A stretch of 57,798 nucleotides of DNA from a virus (IMGVR_UViG_3300032893_000052:1-57798), one strand, 5' to 3'. Shown: positions 39,031-48,551, numbered from the stretch's first letter. Numbers and translations are program-made. Notes: a model not told the origin generated them from the sequence alone.

Positions 39031-39510
39031 CTAGACCTTTACACGATTGAACACAGGTGCCAGTGTTCGCTGGAGGATCTTGTCTGTCTGATCAAACACA
39101 TCCTCATGGATGTTTCTGGCTTCAAAACCAGGGTGCCACCAGCTAGAGGCAGGAGAACGCACAGACACTGTGCGAAAATCTCCGTCATGCATAGGAATCA
39201 CGCGGCTCTGTCGTTTCCTTAGGAGTCCAGGCTTCATGTCAAAGCGCTTGGCTCCTGCCTCCAACGCGACAGGCAGCCAACCTGACAATGTGGCTTCAAC
39301 ACCGTCGTTAGAGACACGCACACTGAGGCCGCTCATGTATGCGGCGAATGTGGAATTCAGTTCACTAGAGGCCTTGTCGCGCCATACACGCTCCAGCTCC
39401 TTGCCGAACGCAGTGAGACCTTGTCTGTATGCATCAACCATCGCTCTCTCACACTGAGAGGACGATGGCCCTTGCAACTTTGCACGAAAGCTTATCCGCG
39501 GGGTCATCAC
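39031..39510 (-). CDS. Putative neck/tail completion protein
   Basis: LEAG..RFDMKPGLL and FRTVSVRSPASSWWHPGFEARNI, typical of SPO1-like neck proteins. Confidence 0.7.
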   Translation of the reverse strand: MMTPRISFRAKLQGPSSSQCERAMVDAYRQGLTAFGKELERVWRDKASSELNSTFAAYMSGLSVRVSNDGVEATLSGWLPVALEAGAKRFDMKPGLLRKRQSRVIPMHDGDFRTVSVRSPASSWWHPGFEARNIHEDVFDQTDKILQRTLAPVFNRVKV

Positions 39511-40328
39511 ACGCTCAACCGTTTACCAAGCGGAATACGATCCGCACTGGTAATAAACAAGCCATCATTGACGTACGAGATGTGACGTTTCCGTAAGAAC
39601 ACTAGCGGACCGAGATCAACATTATCTCTGTCAACGCGTTCCTGAGGTGGCGCCCAAACGATCCACTCAAAGAACGCTGTGTATTTGATGACGTACTTCT
39701 TTCCTGTGATAGGTCTGTTGCCTATCCAATGAATCACACGTCCAGGTCCGAACGTGAAATCACCCTTCTCGAAGTACTGCTTACCATCTTCGTCCTCACA
39801 CCACAGTGAGTATGCTGGCTCATACCACAAGCGATCTTCATCAGCTGACACAGCAGGGTCTAACCGAATGTTCTCATCCATAGTAGCTGCGCCACGCACT
39901 ATGGTTTGTCCCTCATTTAACGGCTGCGCCCAGGTGGCAGTGAATTTGTCAGCTTCAGCGACACGACGCTGAGGTGCTCCGTTGTGATTGCAACCAAAGA
40001 ATCCAGGCGCAATACTAAACTGCATGTCACCTGGTTGAATCACACCAGCATCGATGACGTTGTTCTGCTGCCGGATGGCAGTCGCCAGTCCACGTACAAT
40101 CTGCGCGTCACGGTACAGCCATCCATCTCCACCACATCTACGACAATTGGGGAGACGCGTACCGGCTTGGCCGTCACGCAACATGTTAGCTGACACGTCC
40201 GAGGTGCGACACTTCGGGCAAGCGATCCCAATCTCGTGGATCATGTCCGAACCACGCTCTTGGACGAATCCCTCCTGCAGCCCTGGCTGGAACTCCACGC
40301 CAAGACCGGGCGACAAAATGCTTGCCAC
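39507..40328 (-). CDS. Putative head closure (stopper) protein
   Basis: ACPKC...CRRCGGDGWLY N-terminal Cys cluster; follows the adaptor gene. Confidence 0.7.
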   Translation of the reverse strand: MASILSPGLGVEFQPGLQEGFVQERGSDMIHEIGIACPKCRTSDVSANMLRDGQAGTRLPNCRRCGGDGWLYRDAQIVRGLATAIRQQNNVIDAGVIQPGDMQFSIAPGFFGCNHNGAPQRRVAEADKFTATWAQPLNEGQTIVRGAATMDENIRLDPAVSADEDRLWYEPAYSLWCEDEDGKQYFEKGDFTFGPGRVIHWIGNRPITGKKYVIKYTAFFEWIVWAPPQERVDRDNVDLGPLVFLRKRHISYVNDGLFITSADRIPLGKRLSV

Positions 40329-40368
40329 GGACTACAGAATCAACAGTGCGCGCGTGATAGTCAAGGAG

Positions 40369-40398
40369 AGACTAGCACGCCACTTGACATGTCAAGAA
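40369..40398 (-). promoter_or_regulatory. Promoter/operator with perfect palindrome CTTGACATGTCAAG
   Basis: 18/19 nt identical to 6367..6385, followed by the extended -10-like TGCTAGTCT. Confidence 0.55.
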
Positions 40399-40415
40399 CA
40401 ACCTGCCTTGCACTG

Positions 40416-42146
40416 TCAAGCTACCACCATATTTGGCCCGCGGAACGCTCCACGTAGTGACACAAGATTGTCTTTGATCCAATCGTTGTACTCTTTGATG
40501 GTCGCGCCGAATATACCTGCTTGAGCACTCTGTGTATACGACACAGACTCAGACACACCATCACGAGAGACAGACTGTGACGCAAATCCTGGACGAAATG
40601 CTTGACCTGCGATCGTCAAGATCGTCACAGCAGCTTTCTTAGCAATCAGCTCCAACAGTACTTGTGGTGTCTTACGGAAACCAACAAGTGCCTCGAAGTT
40701 CCAAAAGTTAGGCAGTGGAACTGGTCCTCTGAGGCTCTCTACCCATACGAGACCAATGAAGTTGAACACAACACCTTGGTTGAACGGTACCAGTTCCACC
40801 CAACCGGAAGCCGCATGCGTCTCTACCCACTCAAGCGCTATGTTCACGATACGTACGTTAGACAACTTACCGTACAGCTGGTCAAATCTAAGCACTGGCA
40901 AGTACGGAAACTTGAAGTTCAGCCAGTGCTTAGCTGTAGGAGCGGTATAGGTAAGTGCATCTACTACCTTGTCCCAAGTAGCCCCTACAAACTCTGTTAC
41001 GTCGCTGCCGGACTCAGACGTGACAGCGTCCGGGTTCACTTCTGTGACGATACGCGTAGGCTCAACGTAGACGCTCAGGGCGTTGTCTTCCACCCAGGAG
41101 ATAGCCTCCTCTATCAACTGCCTCATTCGTGCGTCTGTGAGCGGCGTACGCGTAACCAGCAGCTGTTCCGCATGGCTCTGAAGTGGAAGCGCAGCCAGAG
41201 ATTGAATACGTACGCGGATGTACTCCGCAGTGTCTCCACGACGCAGCGTGTACATCTTCACACCGGGCTCAATGGCTTGTGATGCACCGCCGCACCACGA
41301 AAGCAACCGAGTGATGGGAGGAGCGTCCACCTGGTTCAACAGCCCAAGCATCGTGGTAGCGGTGCCTGCCGGATCCACCAGCAGAGAATAGCTGCCACCT
41401 GTGACGCGCACATGCCCACCTTCCACAGTACCTGTCAGACCTACTCCTGCCGTCGTAATCGCTGCAGCTACTTCAGCTGCAGTCGCGGCTGCGATGTCCA
41501 CGAATGACGACGAATTGAACGTCACAATCGTCGGCGTACCTCCGTCCAAGCGCACTACCAAAGTCTGGTTGTTGGCCAGTGAGAACGGCTCAGACGTCAC
41601 GCCAAGAACAGTTGGCACATGTTCAGCACTGAAATTGTATGACAGCTCCGACCAGCTTTGCGGATGCTTAAGCGACACCTCTTCCACTGTGACACCTGTG
41701 ATAAGCACAGGCTGTTCAAGCACTGTCAATACGTTAGTCGCAAACTGATCCGTGCCGTGTAGATAGTCGGCTTTAAGGCGCGCGACAGTAATCAACGAGA
41801 TGAAGAAGTCCGATGACTCTGCGTCTACCACCGAATTGGATGAGGACACAGCATGGATGAAGTACTTACCACGCCGGATCAGTGGTATGTCGTCACTGTC
41901 TACAAGGGCAGTGAGGTCAAACGCTAATTGGTATGACTTCGCTATACTGTCCGTCAGCGTGAGTGTTTTCGTGGCTACTATCTCGTCACGTGCACGCCGA
42001 GCCTTACGCAACTCAAGCGTGACCTTCTCACCGCTCAAGTTCTGTCCTGTAGGCGTGACAGTAGCGTAGACAGTACTGCGTTCTTCCTCGAACCTGCTGT
42101 ACTCGTCTCTGTCAACCTCTACAGCGAGTGTAATAGGTGCCGACAA
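40416..42146 (-). CDS. Head-tail adaptor (neck) protein with extra domains
   Basis: C-terminal GFASQSVSRDGVSESVSYTQSA..GIFGATIKEY is typical of SPO1/Twort-like adaptors. Confidence 0.8.
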   Translation of the reverse strand: MSAPITLAVEVDRDEYSRFEEERSTVYATVTPTGQNLSGEKVTLELRKARRARDEIVATKTLTLTDSIAKSYQLAFDLTALVDSDDIPLIRRGKYFIHAVSSSNSVVDAESSDFFISLITVARLKADYLHGTDQFATNVLTVLEQPVLITGVTVEEVSLKHPQSWSELSYNFSAEHVPTVLGVTSEPFSLANNQTLVVRLDGGTPTIVTFNSSSFVDIAAATAAEVAAAITTAGVGLTGTVEGGHVRVTGGSYSLLVDPAGTATTMLGLLNQVDAPPITRLLSWCGGASQAIEPGVKMYTLRRGDTAEYIRVRIQSLAALPLQSHAEQLLVTRTPLTDARMRQLIEEAISWVEDNALSVYVEPTRIVTEVNPDAVTSESGSDVTEFVGATWDKVVDALTYTAPTAKHWLNFKFPYLPVLRFDQLYGKLSNVRIVNIALEWVETHAASGWVELVPFNQGVVFNFIGLVWVESLRGPVPLPNFWNFEALVGFRKTPQVLLELIAKKAAVTILTIAGQAFRPGFASQSVSRDGVSESVSYTQSAQAGIFGATIKEYNDWIKDNLVSLRGAFRGPNMVVA

Positions 42147-42155
42147 GCAACACCT

Positions 42156-42752
42156 CTATGGAATGCCGTTGAACAAATCTGCGCTTGCTGCATTCGGAAC
42201 AACAAGGCGTCTGCGATAGTTAGTAGCAGGAATGGTAATCTCCACATCCACTAGCCTTGCTAGCGGTAAGAAAAACGCACCATTCGCGTCCGTGAGAACA
42301 GATACCAAGTCATCCGTTAATGCAACCTGGTTCTGCTCTATCGAAGGCATGCCAAGCACTTGTGCTGACACAGCGATGCCTTGCTTAGGCGTTCCCTGCA
42401 TATCGGTTACATGTCCAGTGATTACGCACATTTCCAGAGATACAGCGGTACTTGCTTGAGCCGCAGCAACGACTGACGCAACAGTAGTTGACTGATCGAT
42501 GGTTGCGCCTGTGACAATCACAACGAAGCTGCCTAGCGTGTTCAGCTCGGTTGTAGTGAACCCAATAGTGTATACGCCTAGACCAACCTCAGTGAAATTC
42601 CCACTGCTTAATGTCTTGGACGCGAAGGCACCACCGTTCTTGGAGAACTGCGTCGTAACATCCGTGTACAGTAATCCTGTGACTGCTACTGAGTTTTTAC
42701 TCAGCAGCACAATCACATTAGCAGCTACAGATTGCGTGAACTCTTGACTCAT
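42156..42752 (-). CDS. Putative virion protein with two beta-sandwich domains
   Basis: TEVGLGVYTI...LG, and ITGHVTD.QG.P..G..V...TDANG.F (prealbumin-like fold). Confidence 0.6.
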   Translation of the reverse strand: MSQEFTQSVAANVIVLLSKNSVAVTGLLYTDVTTQFSKNGGAFASKTLSSGNFTEVGLGVYTIGFTTTELNTLGSFVVIVTGATIDQSTTVASVVAAAQASTAVSLEMCVITGHVTDMQGTPKQGIAVSAQVLGMPSIEQNQVALTDDLVSVLTDANGAFFLPLARLVDVEITIPATNYRRRLVVPNAASADLFNGIP

Positions 42753-42982
42753 TACCGCACAGTCGTTGTGCGACCTTTGACATTACGTATGTCGGTCACA
42801 AGAGTATCTGATACACGCATGAGACAAGGAACACCGTCGGAGCTGTTGATCACCTCAGCCAGCACAGCCAAGCGGTATGTGATGTCTTCCATAGAGGCAT
42901 AGCACTCTGCGCTTTTACGGTCAGTTTTAATGAACTGCCTTTCGAGCTGCTCCGGCAATCTCGCACGCTGTGGATTGATCAT
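42752..42982 (-). CDS. Hypothetical protein
   Basis: 76 aa, coupled to its neighbours by ATGA and TAATG overlaps. Confidence 0.7.
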   Translation of the reverse strand: MINPQRARLPEQLERQFIKTDRKSAECYASMEDITYRLAVLAEVINSSDGVPCLMRVSDTLVTDIRNVKGRTTTVR

Positions 42983-43287
42983 CTCCCGCCTCCTCGACGT
43001 ACATTGGTCTCAATGAAGCGTTTTTCTAGTGACTCCACAACAGCATTGAACTGACCTGCCATTTGACTGTACTTGTCATTCCAGCTGTCGCTCTTGGCAA
43101 TGTGGCGCTCCATCATCACCTTCAACTCCTCTCTGTGTGCCTCTTGGAGTTGACGAATCTCTGCTTGATACTCCCTCTCACGCTTGTCTTTATTTAAGTA
43201 CAAATACACACATGCCCCCAAAAGCACCACACAAAGGATGCCAAGAGGACCGTGCAAGAACAGTTGAGATGAGATTTGGTCAACCAC
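42979..43287 (-). CDS. BhlA/UviB-like holin
   Basis: Single N-terminal TM helix (GPLGILCVVLLGACVYLYL), then KREREYQ..I and a coiled coil. Confidence 0.65.
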   Translation of the reverse strand: MVDQISSQLFLHGPLGILCVVLLGACVYLYLNKDKREREYQAEIRQLQEAHREELKVMMERHIAKSDSWNDKYSQMAGQFNAVVESLEKRFIETNVRRGGGR

Positions 43288-43560
43288 TCATCCCTCAAAC
43301 AACAACGCAGTGTAGGTAGTGTCTCCACTGCTTGCGATGAGATAGAAGTAGTGAAACACTATGTCCTCAGCAAACTCAGCACCAGCTGAGATTGTGTAGA
43401 ACGTGTTGCCAGAGTCAAAACTGATTCCCAACGGATTAGAACCAGTGTTCTTGACACGAACGCGAAATCCGCGTCCCTTCCTTGTCTGAACTTTGACAGG
43501 GGAACTTGAGATCGTGCCAGCTGAATGCGTGGCACGAAACGTTGAAGGTGCCTGGGGCAT
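43288..43560 (-). CDS. Small beta-rich protein, possible head decoration
   Basis: VRVKNTGSNPLGISFD; GGAGAG RBS; position after the capsid genes. Confidence 0.55.
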   Translation of the reverse strand: MPQAPSTFRATHSAGTISSSPVKVQTRKGRGFRVRVKNTGSNPLGISFDSGNTFYTISAGAEFAEDIVFHYFYLIASSGDTTYTALLFEG

Positions 43561-43589
43561 ACCGCTCTCCAGTTATGTGGTGACGAAGA

Positions 43590-43811
43590 TCAGTGCGATG
43601 GGTGAGGAGCAGGCGGCAAGTGATCAAACGAAGTGATCACCTGTACGGACAACTGCAGAGCCGTAACAATCTGCGCTGCAGTCGCAGTACTGCTGTCCAA
43701 TGCAGCAACGTTAGCGACAAACGCATTCCACTGCTTGCGAATCTCACCGACAACAGCGCTAGGCGTATCAGCAACAATTGGATTAGATGTCAAAGCGGTA
43801 ATGGCGGCCAT
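43590..43811 (-). CDS. Hypothetical protein
   Basis: 73 aa with a GGAGG RBS. Confidence 0.7.
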   Translation of the reverse strand: MAAITALTSNPIVADTPSAVVGEIRKQWNAFVANVAALDSSTATAAQIVTALQLSVQVITSFDHLPPAPHPSH

Positions 43812-43814
43812 TGG

Positions 43815-44342
43815 TCATTCCTCCGTTTTTTGCACAGCAGCTCTACGCCGCTTAGCTGTTTTGGGTGTGGGCGTTTCTTCCGCCACATTTTCCGAACTCT
43901 CTACGTCACTGTCAGTTGCCCAATCAGGCAATCCAACAGGTGCTTCTTCCGTGCTCGTAACTACCTCTGTTGCTTTCACAGACGTGTCTTCTGTTGAAAT
44001 AACAGGAGGAAGCGGCAGTGGCAATCGATCCCATACATGCTCTGTTGGAATCTCTTCCACACCACTCATCTTCAACAACATGTTGAAGTCTGATCGTTCG
44101 GTAGCACGACCACGCGGCTTAACTGCGCAAATGCCTTGCTTGTCGAACGCAAATGCTGTGTTTCCAACAACAACCGTACGACCAGCAAGACGCTTGCAAC
44201 GTGCCTTCATCGTGTCTCCCGAGAACACTGACGTGTCTGTCTTAAACTGCGCTGCCGTTAGTGGGGAAATCGCGGCCATCAATGACTTTGGAGCTGTGTT
44301 ACGTCGCTTTTCGAAACGACGACGCAAATGCTCTTCATCCAT
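43815..44342 (-). CDS. Hypothetical protein with acidic disordered C-terminus
   Basis: 175 aa with a GAGG RBS; occupies the usual post-capsid position. Confidence 0.7.
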   Translation of the reverse strand: MDEEHLRRRFEKRRNTAPKSLMAAISPLTAAQFKTDTSVFSGDTMKARCKRLAGRTVVVGNTAFAFDKQGICAVKPRGRATERSDFNMLLKMSGVEEIPTEHVWDRLPLPLPPVISTEDTSVKATEVVTSTEEAPVGLPDWATDSDVESSENVAEETPTPKTAKRRRAAVQKTEE

Positions 44343-44352
44343 TGGTACCGGC

Positions 44353-45006
44353 CTACTGTACCGCCTCTTGGGATGAGAGGTCCACTAGCTTCGCCTTGAA
44401 CGCGTCGAAGGTCTGGAAATCACCTACATCTTTCATGACCTGGTCCAGCAGTAACGTCCGTCTGTAAAGTTCACGGACTGTCTCCCATTCGGTCTTAAGA
44501 TGACAACGATCACACAACGTAACTAGATTCTCTAGCCGGTGTGCTTCTTCAGGTGAATCGAAGCATCGTTCTGGAACGACGTGATGTACATGCGCGCGCT
44601 TACCTCTGACTGGAGTCATGCAGCGCCGACAAGTGTACTTATCACGCTCACGCGCCAAAATTTTCTGTGCCTTACCAATTGAGTACCAACCACCATCGAA
44701 CTTATGGTTGCCGCGGCCTGCTTGCTCATTCCTTCCATTCTTGGACATACGATGTGACATAGCACAGACACGAGAACAGTATATGTTCCAAGATTGTGCA
44801 GCAGTATTCGCACATCCTGGTTTAGCACATTGTGGACGATTCACATGGTGACGTGACTCCACAATGCGCACATGCATATCCTCATCATAAAGTAACGCAC
44901 CAGGATTATTAGCCAGATATGTTTCTGGCGTAATCCCATGCGTTCTCTGTAGATGAGAATTGGTAATCATTTTGAATGAACGCGTACAAAGTTTACATTG
45001 AACCAT
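44353..45006 (-). CDS. Free-standing HNH homing endonuclease with Zn fingers
   Basis: CKLC...HLQRTH, CAKPGC...YCSRVC, RDKYTCRRC...HVHHVVP...NLVTLCDRCH. Confidence 0.9.
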   Translation of the reverse strand: MVQCKLCTRSFKMITNSHLQRTHGITPETYLANNPGALLYDEDMHVRIVESRHHVNRPQCAKPGCANTAAQSWNIYCSRVCAMSHRMSKNGRNEQAGRGNHKFDGGWYSIGKAQKILARERDKYTCRRCMTPVRGKRAHVHHVVPERCFDSPEEAHRLENLVTLCDRCHLKTEWETVRELYRRTLLLDQVMKDVGDFQTFDAFKAKLVDLSSQEAVQ

Positions 45007-45013
45007 TAAGAAG

Positions 45014-45056
45014 CCTCCTAGGCACCTGGTCTACTACCAAGCACCTAGGAGGTCAA
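45014..45056 (-). promoter_or_regulatory. RBS-sequestering hairpin with an embedded promoter for the HNH gene
   Basis: CCTCCTAGGTGCTTGGT-AGTAG-ACCAGGTGCCTAGGAGG forms 17 bp including GU pairs. TTGACC-N17-TAGACC overlaps it. Confidence 0.8.
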
Positions 45057-45063
45057 GTGGATT

Positions 45064-45088
45064 ATCCAGCTACTTGAGCAAGCTGGAT
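45064..45088. terminator. Stem-loop after the capsid gene
   Basis: 8-bp stem ATCCAGCT/AGCTGGAT. There is no U-tract on the minus strand, so it may be a stabiliser or leaky terminator. Confidence 0.45.
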
Positions 45089-45101
45089 TTATTCACTTCA
45101 A

Positions 45102-46553
45102 TCAACGTGTCAAACGACCTACGTTGATGAATCTTAACCATTTTTTAGGGGCAAACAGGATCGGGGTCCCGTAGAGCAACACCATCCAGCGGAACGCAGG
45201 AGCCAACACCGCAAGATCCATCCGCAGCATAGGAAGCAGCTGACGGAAAGTGAGAACTGACTGTGTCATTTCACCCATGTACGCAATCTCCGTGAACGGC
45301 AGCAGGAAGTTCACATCATTGACTACCGTAGTAGCCGATGCTGCCTGGCTGGTCACAGGAACCTGCAGAATGAGCGAGTACTGCGTTACATCCGTCGGAT
45401 GTGCTGTACCGGAGGCCTGCGGCTCGGTACGGTAGATGCGCAGATACTCTGGAGGAAACGCGCCAATTGAACCAGGGTTGGTTGTGGTAAGCGCGATATG
45501 GTTTCCGTTGTTCTTCTGCGTTGCTGTGATGTCCTGCCCGTTACCGGCGATGAGAGTCGGGGCAGACTCACCAAAGCGATTAGCAGCAGTGACAGCATAT
45601 GCGTAGTTGTTTGTACCAGACGGCGCGCCCTTGTTGAAATCACCGTCTGTACCCGAACCAGTAGACGCTGTGATCGAAGCAGGCGAAGCCGGTGCGTTTG
45701 GTGAAGTAGCTGCAGACGGAGGAGTCGGCAGACGCTTCAAGAACACGTCTGGATTCAGCTCCATCACACCCGCCTGGGTCATGACAGAGTTGACGCTGAG
45801 ACCGACCATCCCGTTCTGTGGAGCTGGAAGCTGGATGCGCTCCTTCGGGTAGAAGGTCTTCACGAGGTCAGAACCTACGCGAGTACCCAACCACAGATCG
45901 GTTGGATAAGCGAAGTTCTCCACCAACTGGTTCGCACCCTCCTCAACGTCAGCTTCCTGGATCGGCTGTCCTTCCAGGTCAATGAACGAGGTTGGGTCGA
46001 TCAGAGCATCGAGACCATCCCACTGCTCAGCCTCACCGTCGAACGCAAGACTGCTGTCACCCTTGAACAATGATGACTCAATCCGCTCAAGCAACCAGAG
46101 AATGCCGTTCTGATTCTCGAGCGCGATCACGTCACCGTGTGCTGGGTGCACAACCGTCATCTGGTGAGTCACCTCACGTGTAGTTCCAATGAACTTCACG
46201 AGTGAAGTGCGACGGGCGTAGCTGGTATCCTGGGTTGGAGGCAACTCACCCTCTTGCACGAAGGCGAATGCATCCGAACCGTAGTCAATCAGCTGGTTGT
46301 ACTCTTCGACAGTGGAGTACGCTGGGCTCTTGGGAATCTTCTTCCACATCTTGATGTGGTGTGCGGTGTAAGTCAGCACCTTGAGGCTGCCTTCCAACGA
46401 CTCCACACGAAGTGAAGAGCCACCAGTCTGGTTAGTGATCTGGTAGCCAGCTTCGAGCGCCTTAGCCAAGTCTCCAATGGACTGACCTTGGTCGATACCG
46501 AAGCCGTTGAGATTCCCCGCTGCGTACGGAGAGTAGTTAGACAAACCGATCAT
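45102..46553 (-). CDS. Major capsid protein
   Basis: KALEAGY...GGSSLRVESLE, KKIPKSPAYSTVEEY, IE.SLF.GD, WDGL, QLLPMLRMDLA, LYG...APKK; SPO1/Twort-like MCP with AAGGAG RBS. Confidence 0.95.
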   Translation of the reverse strand: MIGLSNYSPYAAGNLNGFGIDQGQSIGDLAKALEAGYQITNQTGGSSLRVESLEGSLKVLTYTAHHIKMWKKIPKSPAYSTVEEYNQLIDYGSDAFAFVQEGELPPTQDTSYARRTSLVKFIGTTREVTHQMTVVHPAHGDVIALENQNGILWLLERIESSLFKGDSSLAFDGEAEQWDGLDALIDPTSFIDLEGQPIQEADVEEGANQLVENFAYPTDLWLGTRVGSDLVKTFYPKERIQLPAPQNGMVGLSVNSVMTQAGVMELNPDVFLKRLPTPPSAATSPNAPASPASITASTGSGTDGDFNKGAPSGTNNYAYAVTAANRFGESAPTLIAGNGQDITATQKNNGNHIALTTTNPGSIGAFPPEYLRIYRTEPQASGTAHPTDVTQYSLILQVPVTSQAASATTVVNDVNFLLPFTEIAYMGEMTQSVLTFRQLLPMLRMDLAVLAPAFRWMVLLYGTPILFAPKKWLRFINVGRLTR

Positions 46554-46583
46554 GGTTGTTCTCCTTCTTTCCTTGGCTTCGGG

Positions 46584-47693
46584 TTACTGCGCGCCGCCCA
46601 TTGCCTGAGCGACGAGACCGCGGACCGCTGGAGACATCTCCCCAGTCGAGTCGAACTTGACCAAATCGAGTTGGTTCATTTGGCCCTTCTTAACCAACTC
46701 GAACATGGTATTTGTGATCTGTGCTTTGTTGATTTGGTCGCTAGATACGTCGAGCCCGCCAGGACCAAATGACTTCTGCATCACCTGTGGCTGTCCAGGC
46801 TGCTGTTGGCCACCTGGAAGCGCGCGAAGATGCGACTTAGGACCACCGACAGGTGCGCTAGCCGCAGCCGCGTTCACTTCAACACCGCCAGCAAGCTGCT
46901 GACCGATGCCAATGACTGCTTCAGCAAACCCCTTATTGAAGGTGTCTTGGTGATTTGCGAATCCACCAAAGCTCTTCTCCAGCGCTTCCACGCGAGCAAC
47001 CAGCGAACCCACTGTGTTGTTGATTGCCTTGTTTACAGCCTGGATAGTGCGTGCCTCAGCTCCTTCGAGAGCAACACCGATCGCACGAGTCATCTCGTAC
47101 AGAATTGGTGACATCTCGATCCCCTTGCGGAGATTCGGCTGTGTCTGAGTTGCAGCGTGAAGCGACTTCTTAGCATCAGGCTCAATGTCCTCTTGCTTTG
47201 AAGTACCAGCATTGGTCTCCGGAGCCTTAGGAGCATCGTCCTCTGTACCAGACGCAGGAGCCTTACCAGGAGTCGTGGACGCCTTCGCAGTACCACTCTT
47301 CTTGGTCTTGTCCATGTCGTCCTTGTCATCGTCGTCATCGTCTTTGTCGAAGGGAAAACCCTTCTTCACCGCCCAGGACTCAGCTTGCGTAAGCTTGCCG
47401 CCCTTAGCGATCTTGTCAGCGATTGCACGACGAGGATCCTCACCCTTAACGATCAACACCTCGGCAGGTGTGAGCGCCTTGGACTTGGAAACCTTGTTTG
47501 CCAACGCCTTCTTCACGCCGTTGTAATCAGTGCCGTTGTCGTCGATTCCATCCTCATGCTCGTTCTGGTCAGTCTGGCCTGTGCCAGCCCACGAGCCCGG
47601 ATTCGAGTCGGACGGCGTGTGGTAGAGCTGGCCTTTCGCCAACCCTTCCAGCCTCGACAGGGCTGCGTGGAACTCGTCTCGATTGATAGACAT
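46584..47693 (-). CDS. Putative capsid scaffolding protein
   Basis: Between protease and MCP; acidic and coiled-coil; many Phi-x-K-[S/A/G] sites. Confidence 0.75.
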   Translation of the reverse strand: MSINRDEFHAALSRLEGLAKGQLYHTPSDSNPGSWAGTGQTDQNEHEDGIDDNGTDYNGVKKALANKVSKSKALTPAEVLIVKGEDPRRAIADKIAKGGKLTQAESWAVKKGFPFDKDDDDDDKDDMDKTKKSGTAKASTTPGKAPASGTEDDAPKAPETNAGTSKQEDIEPDAKKSLHAATQTQPNLRKGIEMSPILYEMTRAIGVALEGAEARTIQAVNKAINNTVGSLVARVEALEKSFGGFANHQDTFNKGFAEAVIGIGQQLAGGVEVNAAAASAPVGGPKSHLRALPGGQQQPGQPQVMQKSFGPGGLDVSSDQINKAQITNTMFELVKKGQMNQLDLVKFDSTGEMSPAVRGLVAQAMGGAQ

Positions 47694-47702
47694 GTATGCC
47701 TC

Positions 47703-48551
47703 CTACTGAGTTCCTACTGTTGTGAAAATGGCATCAGCCAGCGCCTTAGCCAACGGAAAGCTGTAACCTCTACGTGCTTGCAAATACCCCACAGCCTCTT
47801 GATATGAGATCTTGTCTGACTTGTGGACATGACCTGGCATCGTCTGCACTTTGGCAGAGCCTTCAAGCGATTGAACGCGAAGCACTCCACCCATACCGCC
47901 AACAGACAGAGCCTTTTCTTCGTCCTCTTTCTTCTTATCCTTGAGCTCTACACTCATGCTCTTGAGTGCAGGACCACATGTGCAGCAGCCGCCTTTGCAC
48001 ACGTCATCCCAAGGATGGAGACACCATTTCTGACTGCCGAGAGACTTTACAATCTCAGCCCACGTGTTTGTGTTGACTGGCGAAGCAGTGATTGCTACGT
48101 CTTGCAGCCAGCACTTAGCAATGGTGTTGCCTTCGCGGCGAAGCACCTTGCCTTGAATGGAGAAACCTACCTTACGGCTAGAGTTGTTCTCTGCGAGAGT
48201 AGTGATGTGTTCCCACCAATACTCGCTACGCTCTTTGCCCTTGTAGAGAAAACCCTTGAGCCACAAACCAGCCGGTGTCATACGGCACTCAGCAGGTTCA
48301 CCAACCTTGTGCTCAGGTCCCTCTTTGTGATCGTCGTTGATGTAGCCGTATTTCAGGAAATAGCCGTAGTCGATACCGTTCTGTCGTACAACCTCACCTT
48401 GAAGGTCACGATCATCGGTAGACGCTATCCCCTGAACCCAGCGCTTCCCATCCTTCGCCTCTGCCTTTGAAAGCTTCTCGACAGGCACGAAGAAATGGAA
48501 AGTGTCTCCATCTCCTAAGAGCTTGTCGGTAGGTGTGTCGTCGAGGCGCAT
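47703..48551 (-). CDS. Prohead (maturation) protease
   Basis: GIAST..RDLQGE, GYINDDH, GL..KG.L, GFSIQG, VAIT..PVN.NT. Confidence 0.93.
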   Translation of the reverse strand: MRLDDTPTDKLLGDGDTFHFFVPVEKLSKAEAKDGKRWVQGIASTDDRDLQGEVVRQNGIDYGYFLKYGYINDDHKEGPEHKVGEPAECRMTPAGLWLKGFLYKGKERSEYWWEHITTLAENNSSRKVGFSIQGKVLRREGNTIAKCWLQDVAITASPVNTNTWAEIVKSLGSQKWCLHPWDDVCKGGCCTCGPALKSMSVELKDKKKEDEEKALSVGGMGGVLRVQSLEGSAKVQTMPGHVHKSDKISYQEAVGYLQARRGYSFPLAKALADAIFTTVGTQ

